Part shown: in pieces, positions 11,101-19,241 of the stretch
How positions within the stretch are numbered: the first letter of the stretch is position 1
Layout: each line of letters starts with the position of its first letter
DNA from: Candidatus Cloacimonadales bacterium
GTDB lineage: Bacteria > Cloacimonadota > Cloacimonadia > Cloacimonadales > JAIOQZ01
Reading direction: 5' to 3'
NCBI GenBank assembly: GCA_963674825.1
Contig: OY771587.1
Span: 1,056,001 to 1,120,000, forward strand
Length of the DNA stretch: 64,000 nt
Made by a program: the position numbers and the translations under genes
The notes under the pieces: model-generated
Database searches by the model: none
Told to the model about the DNA's origin: nothing
What the model saw: only the letters and a program-made list of their open reading frames with translations

Positions 11101-11856
11101 AACCCGAATGACTTCGATGTTACCCTTACTCAGGGTACACTTTCTACAGGTGACTGGGTAGAAGTTAACGTCGACCTCAGCGACTACGCAGGTCAGAATT
11201 GCCGTCTGGCATTCGTACACTGCGATGTTACCGACATGTACTGGATCAAGATGGACGACATCTATGTGAACAACGCACGCGGCGAAGCAGTCTTCGCATT
11301 CAACGCTGAAAAACAGTCCCGCACCCTCAAGGATGATGGTTCCGTTTATGTTGCTCCGATGATGGATCGCAACCGTCCGACCCTCGACTCCTACAACATC
11401 TACCGCGACGATCAGTATCTGGCAACCCAGAACAACGTCAACATCACCGTATGGAACGATGTGAACGTACCTGCCGGTAGCCACAGCTACTACGTAACCG
11501 CGGTCTATACCGATGGAAACGAATCCGATCCTTCCAACACAGAAAATATCACTGGAAACGATCCGGACAACACTCCTCGCTTCACAGAACTGAATGGCAA
11601 CTACCCGAACCCGTTCAACCCCACTACTACCATCGAATTCTCACTTGCTGAGAACGCTCAGGTGACCATCGAGGTTTACAACCTCAAGGGTCAGCTTGTT
11701 CGCACTCTCGCAAACGAGAAGATGGATGCTGGCAACCACCAGGTCGTTTGGACCGGTGACGACAGCCAGGGTAAGAGCGTCGGTAGTGGCGTTTACTTCT
11801 ACAAGATGAAAGCCGGACGCTACACAGCTACCAAGAAGATGATCCTTCTGAAATAG
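8191..11856 (+). CDS. Large secreted modular adhesin-like surface protein: split FN3 modules, duplicated beta-sandwich, MAM/cleaved-adhesin (choice-of-anchor J-like) domains, carboxypeptidase-regulatory-like domain, FlgD/T9SS-type CTD
   Basis: AAGGAGG RBS; signal peptide; cleaved-adhesin motifs DVDNDGYNW, SASYINDIGALTPDNWLITP, LAFVH; C-terminus NYPNPFNP...SGVYFYKM...KKMILLK. Confidence 0.85.
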   Translation: MSKKLLFVAALMLIAVLAFAQPWPPTNLEASVVNQTSVQLDWNAPQNPDQTELRYDDGENYDGIGTNSANDFDVAIRFDTSDLASYDGYTLNQIGFFPRYEDCEYYVRVWTGGSLSGDTLTEGDLVVDQAVDVTITEWNYITLDTPLTIDAGEELWIGYRANTNGDHPAGCDAGPAIAYKGDLLNLGGWFSMVTDYPTLNYNWNIVGLVSEGRTGGELVPLASSPRPAANTEATFEREFVQVENATSPRDRDLTGYSIYRDGEEIATVDGETLTYTDANLADGTYEYYVTALWDEGESDPSNTVEAIIQDMGYALYEGFEGGALPANWTTEYVSGTVDWEFQDGGYSGHPEGAYSGNYNAYIYAGNYDGNTTRLISPVLDLSGEATLYFYHTQAVWSGDQDELTLMYRTSSDNAWEALETWTDDISAWELEEIDLPNLSSTYQICFEGFLNYGYGICIDEVIIGVPGETGTIAGTVTDAETNSPIQGATVTCGSGSGQTNASGNYSFEVGTGTYDVTCVAAGYVAQTENNVVITTDQTTNVDFSMVAASDFPAPSNFTAVVENDVNVHLSWASPYTELRYDDGENFDGIGTNSANDFDVAIRFDTDDLSSYDGMSLGQIGFFPRYEDCDYYIRVWTGGSLSGTTFTEGDLVVDQAVDVTIDQWNYFTIDTPVTIDAGEELWIGYRANTGGDHPAGCDAGPAIAFKGDLLNLGGWFSMVTDYPTLNYNWNIVGYASGGRASEELVPIASKPRQINTASPFEQEFTNTITPEPIDRNRDLSGFKVYRDGEEIAYIEDAFTLDYIDEGLEPGTYTYYATAVYNSGVNESDPSNSADATIEELTYPAPENLVADPHGMNVLLTWDAPGTNQDAVDSIDEGFETGAIADGWSLVDVDNDGYNWEIVDTEYGTHSGDYAIASASYINDIGALTPDNWLITPPIAIQSGYELNFWLCAQDADWPAEHYEVMLSTGGMNPNDFDVTLTQGTLSTGDWVEVNVDLSDYAGQNCRLAFVHCDVTDMYWIKMDDIYVNNARGEAVFAFNAEKQSRTLKDDGSVYVAPMMDRNRPTLDSYNIYRDDQYLATQNNVNITVWNDVNVPAGSHSYYVTAVYTDGNESDPSNTENITGNDPDNTPRFTELNGNYPNPFNPTTTIEFSLAENAQVTIEVYNLKGQLVRTLANEKMDAGNHQVVWTGDDSQGKSVGSGVYFYKMKAGRYTATKKMILLK
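8341..8810 (+). repeat. Intragenic direct repeat, copy 1 (copy 2 at 9916-10385)
   Basis: About 470 bp encoding TELRYDDGEN...NYNWNIVG; the last 84 bp (8727-8810 vs 10302-10385) are identical. Confidence 0.95.
9916..10385 (+). repeat. Intragenic direct repeat, copy 2
   Basis: Colinear with 8341-8810. Confidence 0.95.
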
Positions 11857-11880
11857 TCTGATAGCTCTGACATAATCATA

Positions 11881-11910
11881 AACCCGGACCTTCGTGGTCC
11901 GGGTTTTTTT
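11881..11910 (+). terminator. Rho-independent terminator
   Basis: AACCCGGACC-ttcgt-GGTCCGGGTT followed by a T run, directly after the 8191..11856 gene. Confidence 0.9.
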
Positions 11911-11992
11911 AATTATCCGTCAGTTCGCTTTCCTCTTCATGGATCGCCAAGTCCTAGCTTGGCATCTCTTTTCTCCCTCGATACGCGTCTGC

Positions 11993-12018
11993 CCCTTCGA
12001 CTCCGCTCAGGGTGACAC
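11993..12018 (+). repeat. REP-like element; inverted copy at 47963-47988
   Basis: CCCTTCGACTCCGCTCAGGGTGACAC matches the reverse complement of 47963-47988 at 25 of 26 positions. Confidence 0.85.
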
Positions 12019-12186
12019 AGACGCTACTCGGGATGACACGATAAAAGCTGTTTGTAATGCTGAGTTGTGGGTTCTGCGAAGCAAAAACTCGAATCCCCCT
12101 ATGCGACGCAGGAGCGTATCAAAGCACGACACGGCATGCTATAATTCAACATTCAGTATTTGATTTCATGAGGTCTGAAGACTAAT

Positions 12187-12244
12187 GCGGACGAGGACGT
12201 CCGCGCTCCAATGAAGAAGGGCAGGCACAGAGACCTGCCCCTAC
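12187..12244 (-). repeat. Two further REP-like palindromes
   Basis: Minus strand reads GTAGGGGCAGGTCTCTGTGCCTGCCC (GTAG-headed hairpin, 12219-12244) and GGAGCGCGGACGTCCTCGTCCGC (12187-12209). Confidence 0.6.
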
Positions 12245-12260
12245 AGCTATGGGATGCCAT

Positions 12261-12286
12261 AAAAAAAAGCCAGGCAATGCCTGGCT
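12261..12286 (-). terminator. Rho-independent terminator of the ABC cluster
   Basis: AGCCAGGC-att-GCCTGGCT followed by a T run on the minus strand. Confidence 0.85.
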
Positions 12287-12318
12287 AAAAGTTGGTATGA
12301 TATTATTCGGACAATTGC

Positions 12319-13032
12319 TTAGAAGAACCGATTATCCTGTGCGTATGTACGTTTACCGTTCTGAATGTTTTCAGTGATGATCTTGCCGTCGAAGAGATTG
12401 ACGATGCGATGGCTGTATGCTGCATGCGTTGGAGAGTGCGTCACCATCACGACGGTAGTACCGGTATCGTTGAGTTCGGAGATAAGGTTCATGACCTCCT
12501 TACCATGCTCACTGTCAAGATTACCAGTAGGCTCGTCCGCAAGAAGCATCTTTGGGTTGGCAATAACGGCTCTTGCAACCGCAACACGCTGCTGCTGACC
12601 ACCCGAAAGCTGGAGCGGGTAGTGGTTGGCGCGCGGCAGGATGTTCATCCGTTCAAGCATATCGCGAACCATCGTCTTGCGCTTACTGCCCCGGATCCCG
12701 AGATAGACAAGCGGAAGCTCGATATTCTGATATACGGTCAGTTCGTCGATCAGATTGAAGCTCTGGAAAACGATACCGATGTTGATTTTACGGATATTCG
12801 TCCGGCGACGTTCCGAATAGCTCGAAACTTCCTGGTCGCTGAACCAGTATTTGCCCGAAGTGGGAGAATCGAGCATCCCGAGGATGTTCAACAAGGTCGA
12901 TTTTCCGCAACCCGAAGGCCCCATGACGGCGATGAACTCACCTTTACGGACTTCAAAATTCACTTCTTTTAGTGCAGCCGTTTCGATCTCTCTCGTCTTA
13001 TACAGCTTGGTAATTGATTCCATTCGAATCAT
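12319..13032 (-). CDS. ABC transporter ATP-binding protein (MacB/LolD family)
   Basis: GPSGCGKS, LSGGQQQR, LLADEPTGNLD, VTH. Confidence 0.95.
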   Translation of the reverse strand: MIRMESITKLYKTREIETAALKEVNFEVRKGEFIAVMGPSGCGKSTLLNILGMLDSPTSGKYWFSDQEVSSYSERRRTNIRKINIGIVFQSFNLIDELTVYQNIELPLVYLGIRGSKRKTMVRDMLERMNILPRANHYPLQLSGGQQQRVAVARAVIANPKMLLADEPTGNLDSEHGKEVMNLISELNDTGTTVVMVTHSPTHAAYSHRIVNLFDGKIITENIQNGKRTYAQDNRFF

Positions 13033-13113
13033 TGAGTAACCTCCGGAAACCTTGTGTCTTTACCCAAAAGCAATTTAACAATCCCATTATCCCGATTGTC
13101 AAGAGAAACCCTT

Positions 13114-15540
13114 CTATTCGTACTGCAAAGCATTCACCGGGTTTGATCTCGCAGCCTTGAACGCCTGCCAGGCGATGGTCAGAAACGCGATTGTAAGTCC
13201 AATAACTGCACCCGACAACAACCATATCCAGCCAACCTGTACGCGATAGGCAAAGCTTTGGAGCCACTTGTCCAGTAAATACCAGGAAATCGGCATAGCG
13301 AAAATTGTCGATATTGCCACCAACCCCATGAATTCACGGGTCATCAGGAAGAAGATATGATGGATCTCTGCACCCATAACCTTCCGGATACCAATCTCCT
13401 TGGTGCGCTGCTCCGCGACAAACACAGAAAGCCCCAGCAATCCCATACAAGCGATGAAGATACAAAGAAACGCGAGGTAACCGAAAATGCGGCCCAATCG
13501 TTTCTCCGCATCGTATTTCTGGTTGATGGAGTCCTCCAGGAACGTGCAATCGCATGGATATTGCGGGATCATCTCTTCCCATGTCCGCTGAATGTATTCG
13601 ATCGTTTCGCGCTGGTTTTCAGCAGATATTTTCACGAACATCGTGGACAGGTTGATCGCGTTTTCGCCACCAAGCAAAACGACAATCGGCTCGATGTTGC
13701 TGTGCAGCGTTCGATAATTGAAATCCCTGATAACCCCGATAACTTTCGTCTCTGCGGCAGGCGTTCCGTCATCGTTGAGACCGAAGCTGATCTTCTTGCC
13801 GATGGGCTCTGTCCAACCATATCGTTTCGCCAGGGTTTCGTTGATCATCACACCACCAGCTTGGTCTGTCTTCATATCTTCTTCGAAGAAGCGACCTTCG
13901 ACAAGCTGATAATCGAGCAACGGTAGATAATTGTAATCTACCCAGAATAGATCCAGCGGTTTTTCGACATAGCCGTCGTCGCTCTCCACAAAAAGCACGA
14001 GCTTTGCAGTCTCATCGCCGGGAATCGAATTCGAAGCACCTGTCCCAAGTATATGTGGGTTCTGCTTAAATGCCTCTTCGAGATTCGGCACTTGCTTTCT
14101 CACTGTCGAATCTTGAAGGCTGAAATAGACAATGTTGTCCTTGCTATAGCCCAGTGGCTTGCTTTGTAGATAGTGAATCTGGTCGAGAACAACCAGTGTA
14201 CCAATAATCATCACCACCGAGATGGTGAACTGAATGAAAACCAATACCTTGCGCAGAGCACTACCGCGTTTGCTTGAGTTGGTGGAGCTTTTTAGTACCT
14301 GAATCGGATTGAACGATGACAGATAAAAAGCGGGATAGCTGCCTGCTACAATTCCGACAAGAATCGTCAGTCCGATGATATCCAACGTCAGCATGTAATC
14401 CTTGAAGATATTGAATTCGATACTCTTGCCGGAAAGCTGATTGAATACCGGCAAAAGCAGTTCCGCTGTGATCACGGCAACAATCAGCGCGATGAAGGTC
14501 ATCAGCAGCGACTCACCCAGGAACTGCCGGATCAGACTGCCACGATCGCCACCGACCGCTTTGCGAATTCCGACTTCCCGTGCGCGTTTGGTTGCGCGAG
14601 CAGTCGCCATATTCATGTAGTTTATACATGCGATCAGCATCATGAAGATACCGACCAGTGTGAAGATTCTTACATAAGCGATATTACCGGTGGGGAGATC
14701 CCAGTCGAGCTTCGAATGGAGATGGATATCGGCCAATGGTGTCAGCATCAGCTGGTAGCTCGAATTGATCTGATCACCGAGCGCTTTCATATACTTGTCG
14801 TAAAAGGCTGGAAAACGATCGAGGAAAATCTGGGGATCGGTCCCCTCTTTCACCATCATGAAGGCCATGTAGCCGATGTTCCAGAAATTCCCTGGAACAC
14901 CTGTATCAAATCGTCCGGGACCGCCAGTCGCCAGTAAAGATGACAGCGAGCACAGTGCGTTGAACTGCAAATGAGCCGTCTTCGGGACGTCTTTCATAAC
15001 GCCTGTAATCGTGTAGTTGAGTCCTGGTCCGTTTTCGAGAACCTTACCCATGGGATTCTCATTACCAAAGAAGCGCTTTGCCATGGATTCAGTGATAACA
15101 ATGCTGAAAGGTTTCGTCAGGGCAGTATTCGGATCACCGTAGATCAACGGATAGGTGAAAACATTGAAAACCGTCGAATCTGCGAGAAAAACACGCCCCT
15201 CCGTCAGCTGCTTTTCGCCGATCTTGAACGTTGTGTTGCCTTTCTCGCGAAATCTGACGATCTCTTCGATCTCGGGGTACTCATCTTTCATCGCCTGTGC
15301 GAAAGGCAGTGAATTAAGCGCGAAGAAGTCATCCTTACCCTGGATGATGAAGTGCGATTCAAGCCGGTAAATCCGCTCGTGGTTGACGTGATGGAGGTCA
15401 TAGGAGAGCTCGTCACGAACAAACAGGAAAATCAGGATCATACTGATGAGACCGATCGAAAGGCCCACAATGTTGATGATCGAATAGAATTTATTGCGCT
15501 TCAGATTCCGAAAAGCTACAGTGAGATAGTTTTTCAGCAT
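13114..15540 (-). CDS. ABC transporter permease with duplicated MacB-PCD/FtsX domains
   Basis: MLKNYLTVAFRNL start, RAREVGIRKAVG, RTKEIGIRKVMGA, C-terminal NPVNALQYE. Confidence 0.93.
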   Translation of the reverse strand: MLKNYLTVAFRNLKRNKFYSIINIVGLSIGLISMILIFLFVRDELSYDLHHVNHERIYRLESHFIIQGKDDFFALNSLPFAQAMKDEYPEIEEIVRFREKGNTTFKIGEKQLTEGRVFLADSTVFNVFTYPLIYGDPNTALTKPFSIVITESMAKRFFGNENPMGKVLENGPGLNYTITGVMKDVPKTAHLQFNALCSLSSLLATGGPGRFDTGVPGNFWNIGYMAFMMVKEGTDPQIFLDRFPAFYDKYMKALGDQINSSYQLMLTPLADIHLHSKLDWDLPTGNIAYVRIFTLVGIFMMLIACINYMNMATARATKRAREVGIRKAVGGDRGSLIRQFLGESLLMTFIALIVAVITAELLLPVFNQLSGKSIEFNIFKDYMLTLDIIGLTILVGIVAGSYPAFYLSSFNPIQVLKSSTNSSKRGSALRKVLVFIQFTISVVMIIGTLVVLDQIHYLQSKPLGYSKDNIVYFSLQDSTVRKQVPNLEEAFKQNPHILGTGASNSIPGDETAKLVLFVESDDGYVEKPLDLFWVDYNYLPLLDYQLVEGRFFEEDMKTDQAGGVMINETLAKRYGWTEPIGKKISFGLNDDGTPAAETKVIGVIRDFNYRTLHSNIEPIVVLLGGENAINLSTMFVKISAENQRETIEYIQRTWEEMIPQYPCDCTFLEDSINQKYDAEKRLGRIFGYLAFLCIFIACMGLLGLSVFVAEQRTKEIGIRKVMGAEIHHIFFLMTREFMGLVAISTIFAMPISWYLLDKWLQSFAYRVQVGWIWLLSGAVIGLTIAFLTIAWQAFKAARSNPVNALQYE

Positions 15541-15622
15541 TCATACTCCCATGCCGGTTAGGGTTCATGCCATATGCTTCATTCTGATTTAAATCAGGAT
15601 GACGTTCACTCGAAATCAAAGA

Positions 15623-16312
15623 TTAAAGGTGGAATTCCTTCTCGTCTGTCTTGGTAACGACGTGACCATCAAACAGATGGATGATCCGCTGGCTGTATTC
15701 CGCATCGGTCGGTGAGTGCGTCACCATGACGATCGTGGTTCCTTCCTGATGAAGGCTGGAGAGAAGCTCCATCACCTCTTCACTATGTCCGGAGTCCAGA
15801 TTACCGGTGGGCTCATCGGCGAGGATCAACTTGGGGTTTGTCACTACCGCACGGGCAACCGCCACGCGCTGCTGCTGACCACCAGAGAGCTGCTGCGGAA
15901 AGTGTTTTTTACGATGCGCGATCTTCATCTTGTCCAGCACTGCTTCTACATGTTTCTTGCGTTCGGACGCGCTCATCTTGAGGTATAGAAGCGGCAGTTC
16001 GACGTTTTCGTACACGGTAAGTTCGTCGATAAGGTTGAAGTTCTGGAAAATGAAGCCGATATTGGCTTTGCGCAGATTGGTGCGTTTGCGCTCGTTGTAA
16101 CCGGACACTTCGTGACCGAGGAAGTCCACCTTGCCACTGCTGGGAGAGTCGAGCAGACCGAGGATGTTCAGAAGAGTCGATTTACCGCAACCGGAAGGGC
16201 CCATTACGGATACAAACTCACCTTCCTGGATCTCGATATCCACCTGATTCAAAGCGGTCGTTTCCACTTCATCCGTGCGATACACTTTTGTCAGTTCCGC
16301 TGTCTTAATCAT
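15623..16312 (-). CDS. ABC transporter ATP-binding protein (MacB/LolD family)
   Basis: GPSGCGKS, LSGGQQQR, ILADEPTGNLD; paralog of 12319..13032. Confidence 0.95.
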   Translation of the reverse strand: MIKTAELTKVYRTDEVETTALNQVDIEIQEGEFVSVMGPSGCGKSTLLNILGLLDSPSSGKVDFLGHEVSGYNERKRTNLRKANIGFIFQNFNLIDELTVYENVELPLLYLKMSASERKKHVEAVLDKMKIAHRKKHFPQQLSGGQQQRVAVARAVVTNPKLILADEPTGNLDSGHSEEVMELLSSLHQEGTTIVMVTHSPTDAEYSQRIIHLFDGHVVTKTDEKEFHL

Positions 16313-16328
16313 GTTGCCTCCAGAAGTA

Positions 16329-17603
16329 TTATTTTAGAATCAATTTATCCACGTCACCGAAGTTTTCGTAGGACGAGACGATGACCTTTTCACCAGGCTC
16401 TAGTCCCTCGGATACTTCGTAAAACTTCGAATTCTGCCGATTGATGCGGATATCCCGCTTCACGGCAAAATCACCACTTTCATCTACTACAAAAATCCAC
16501 TGTCCACCGGTTGTTTGGAAGAATCCGCCTCTCGGGATCAAGATTGCCATACGCGGCTCACCGAGCTCGAGTTTTACGCGGAAAGTCTGACCAATGCGCA
16601 GCTTAGGCGGGACCTTATCGCTGAAAACCATATCGACGTCGAAACGTCCGTCCTGCACTTCGGCATGGATTTTGGTAAGTTCGAGATCATAGTTGTTGCC
16701 CGTAAATTCAAACTGCCCGTGTAGTCCGCGAACAACGCGAGATATGTAATGCTCGTCGATCTCAGCACTGATTTTGTATGAATCCAGAATGTTGATCTGA
16801 CCGAGCCGCTCGCCTTCCGATTTCGCTTCGCCAATCTCGGCGTTGATCCAGGCAAGCTGTCCATTAACAGGCGCACGTACATTGAGGTTCTCGAGCTTGG
16901 TTTGCACAAGTCGCAGGTTTTCCTGCATGCGTTCGACAGAGTCTTCGAGCTGTTCGATCTGCACCTGACGAAACAGGGAATCCTGTTTTTGGGTCTCGAT
17001 AACCAAATCGACTTTGTTCCTGTAGTATTCGTAATCGTCCCGGGCTTCTTTGAATTCTTCCGGTGAGATAAAGTCTTTTTCGTTCAGCGCGACAGCCTGC
17101 TCAAAGTTCCGCTTTGCGGTTGCGAGCAAGTAGCGTGTTTCAAGTAGTTGCGATTTAAGGCTCAGCTTGTTTTGCTCCATTTGCAGACGCGTCGTGCGCA
17201 GGTTGTTCATCTGATCCGCAAGATCGGCCTCACGGTTCATGATGCTCATGTGCAGATTCGTATTGCTGAGGCGCAGGATGATATCGCCTTCCTTGACGTT
17301 CGATCCCTCTTCGATCAGGATTTCTTCTACACGGCCACCTTCGAGCGCGTCCAGATAGACGGTCGTGATAGGCTGCACCGTACCGGTGATGGTTATGTTA
17401 TCGAGGAAGTAGTCGTTCTTGACCTCTTCGATCGATATCCGATCCGTCTGAACGTTGAGTTTCACACTATGATCGGCGAAGATGAACTGGTACGCGAAGA
17501 ACATCACGACCAGTATGGAACCGGCGATAATCGATACTTTCTTTATCGTCCATTTCTTCTTTTCAATGATGCGGTCCATTCCGCTGATTTCTTGTTTATC
17601 CAT
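16329..17603 (-). CDS. Efflux periplasmic adaptor (MacA-like membrane fusion protein)
   Basis: N-terminal TM segment, GGRVEEILIEEG lipoyl half, long coiled coil, VRAPVNG, GLEPGEKVI. Confidence 0.9.
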   Translation of the reverse strand: MDKQEISGMDRIIEKKKWTIKKVSIIAGSILVVMFFAYQFIFADHSVKLNVQTDRISIEEVKNDYFLDNITITGTVQPITTVYLDALEGGRVEEILIEEGSNVKEGDIILRLSNTNLHMSIMNREADLADQMNNLRTTRLQMEQNKLSLKSQLLETRYLLATAKRNFEQAVALNEKDFISPEEFKEARDDYEYYRNKVDLVIETQKQDSLFRQVQIEQLEDSVERMQENLRLVQTKLENLNVRAPVNGQLAWINAEIGEAKSEGERLGQINILDSYKISAEIDEHYISRVVRGLHGQFEFTGNNYDLELTKIHAEVQDGRFDVDMVFSDKVPPKLRIGQTFRVKLELGEPRMAILIPRGGFFQTTGGQWIFVVDESGDFAVKRDIRINRQNSKFYEVSEGLEPGEKVIVSSYENFGDVDKLILK

Positions 17604-17635
17604 ACAGCACCTTTACTATGGGATGATTTTAAGGA

Positions 17636-17651
17636 TGCATTTGTCGTTCCA
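17636..17651 (-). promoter_or_regulatory. Sigma54 (-24/-12) promoter of the ABC cluster
   Basis: Minus strand TGGAACGACAAATGCA has exact GG-N10-GC spacing, 32 nt upstream of the adaptor gene start. Confidence 0.65.
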
Positions 17652-17665
17652 CTTGGAATAATACG

Positions 17666-17740
17666 ATAAATCAATTGATTTATAGCATACGTCAAGCATT
17701 TCATGTACCTTCATGTACAAATCGTGTTCGCTGGCGGACA
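17666..17740. promoter_or_regulatory. Putative upstream activator and DNA-bending sites
   Basis: Perfect 18-bp palindrome ATAAATCAATTGATTTAT (17666-17683) and imperfect palindrome TGTTCG-ctgg-CGGACA (17725-17740). Confidence 0.5.
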
Positions 17741-18010
17741 TTTGCGTGGACATCACGCGAATGTAACACGCGAGCTAAAGGAAAAAGCTCTCTTCATGCG
17801 TATCAAACCGATATCATTTTGATTCTCGGCACGTAATATCGATATGCAGGTGACGGAGGTTAAATCGAGATGACGCTTTGCGTTAAGGTACGAAGAAAAA
17901 AGCGACTTTATGACTCCATGAAATATCCATAACTGTCTGTAAAGAAATACCTTGACATCGATCCCAATCTTGAAATCATGCCATTTATCGATCGAACATG
18001 GTGTATTCAT

Positions 18011-18358
18011 ATGAACATCCGAAAAAAATGGCTGCTTACGGTCTCGAGAACCGACTCAGACAAAGTTCTCAAGCTGAGCCTGTCTCAGCGCTCTGTCGTG
18101 TTCATGTTTGGTGCTCTCGTTCTCGTCATCTCACTGGTGATCGCATCCGTCTTATACGTGAACAAACACAGCGACCAGCTACGGGATATCCCGCGTCTGC
18201 AAGAGGAAAATCGCAAGCTGAAATCCCACATCGGAGAACTTGAGACTGATATGGATTCCGTTTATACCGACATCCAGCAGATGAAAGCCCTGGAAGACAG
18301 CCTGCGCTCGGATAAGAACCTTCGTGAGCTATACGATCAGATCAAGGAAACACCTTGA
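18011..18358 (+). CDS. Hypothetical membrane-anchored coiled-coil protein resembling the N-terminal stalk of M23 peptidases
   Basis: One TM helix followed by heptad repeats; stop overlaps the thiN start. Start set at ATG 18011. Confidence 0.65.
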   Translation: MNIRKKWLLTVSRTDSDKVLKLSLSQRSVVFMFGALVLVISLVIASVLYVNKHSDQLRDIPRLQEENRKLKSHIGELETDMDSVYTDIQQMKALEDSLRSDKNLRELYDQIKETP

Positions 18359-19026
18359 AAAGCGTATGGATCATCACTTCCGGATTCGACCACATGAGCG
18401 ATCCCAAAGCGCTGCGCCATGTTTCGCAACTGCTCACTAATAGGCCCGAAGACTCTTTCCTGATTGCGGCTGACGGTGGTGCCAATCTCCTGTTCCGGCT
18501 GCGTATCGTCCCGGATCGTATCGCCGGCGACATGGATTCGATCTCGGAAGAAGCGCTCTGTTTTTATCGCAACAACATCGAGTTCGACCTGCATCCCGTA
18601 CAAAAGGATGAGACGGACGCAGAACTGGCGATGGAACAAGCGCTCGCGATGAACCCGGAATCGATCGTGATCTTCAATTCGATGCAGCAGCGGTTCGACC
18701 AGACTTTCGCGATCCTGGCCCTACTCGAACGCGCAATGGAAAAGAATATTCCCACATGGATCGAGACCGGAACACAGGAAATCATGCTCGCAACGAAAAA
18801 CAATCGCTTCGAAGACGCGGTCGGGAAAACTATCTCGCTGGCTCCGTTATCAAAAGAAGTAACCGGCGTCAGAACTACAGGTTTCAAGTATCCGCTCAAC
18901 GCAGAGACGCTCTATCGCGACCGGTGTCGAGGAATCAGTAATATTGTGATTGACACCGACGCTGAAATGTGTTATGAGAGCGGTGAGTTATTGATTATTA
19001 TTTCCCATAATCGGGAGGCCCGATGA
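18355..19026 (+). CDS. thiN: Thiamine diphosphokinase
   Basis: IAADGGAN, GDMDS, KDETDAELA, GFKYPL, GISN; TTG start after AAGGA. Confidence 0.92.
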   Translation: MKSVWIITSGFDHMSDPKALRHVSQLLTNRPEDSFLIAADGGANLLFRLRIVPDRIAGDMDSISEEALCFYRNNIEFDLHPVQKDETDAELAMEQALAMNPESIVIFNSMQQRFDQTFAILALLERAMEKNIPTWIETGTQEIMLATKNNRFEDAVGKTISLAPLSKEVTGVRTTGFKYPLNAETLYRDRCRGISNIVIDTDAEMCYESGELLIIISHNREAR

Positions 19027-19241
19027 AATTTGAAGATGCCCTGACCAAGCTTGAAACGATCGTCGATCGACTCGAATCGGGCGAGGGTGACCTGGATGAA
19101 ATTTTGAAATTATACGAGGAAGGAACGGAACTGGTCAAGCTCTGTAATAAGAAGCTTAAAGAAGTGGAAGTGAAGATCGAGACCGTAACGTCCAGAATAA
19201 AGGATAATCCTGAAGCCATTGAAGGAGTGCCCAGTGAATAA
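19023..19241 (+). CDS. xseB: Exodeoxyribonuclease VII small subunit
   Basis: FEDALTKLETIVDRLESG..L...LKLYEEG..L...C. Confidence 0.95.
   Translation: MKFEDALTKLETIVDRLESGEGDLDEILKLYEEGTELVKLCNKKLKEVEVKIETVTSRIKDNPEAIEGVPSE

Noticed and set aside
11940..12260. CRISPR array
   Set aside because: The palindromes differ from one another, there is no regular repeat-spacer period, and no cas genes are present.
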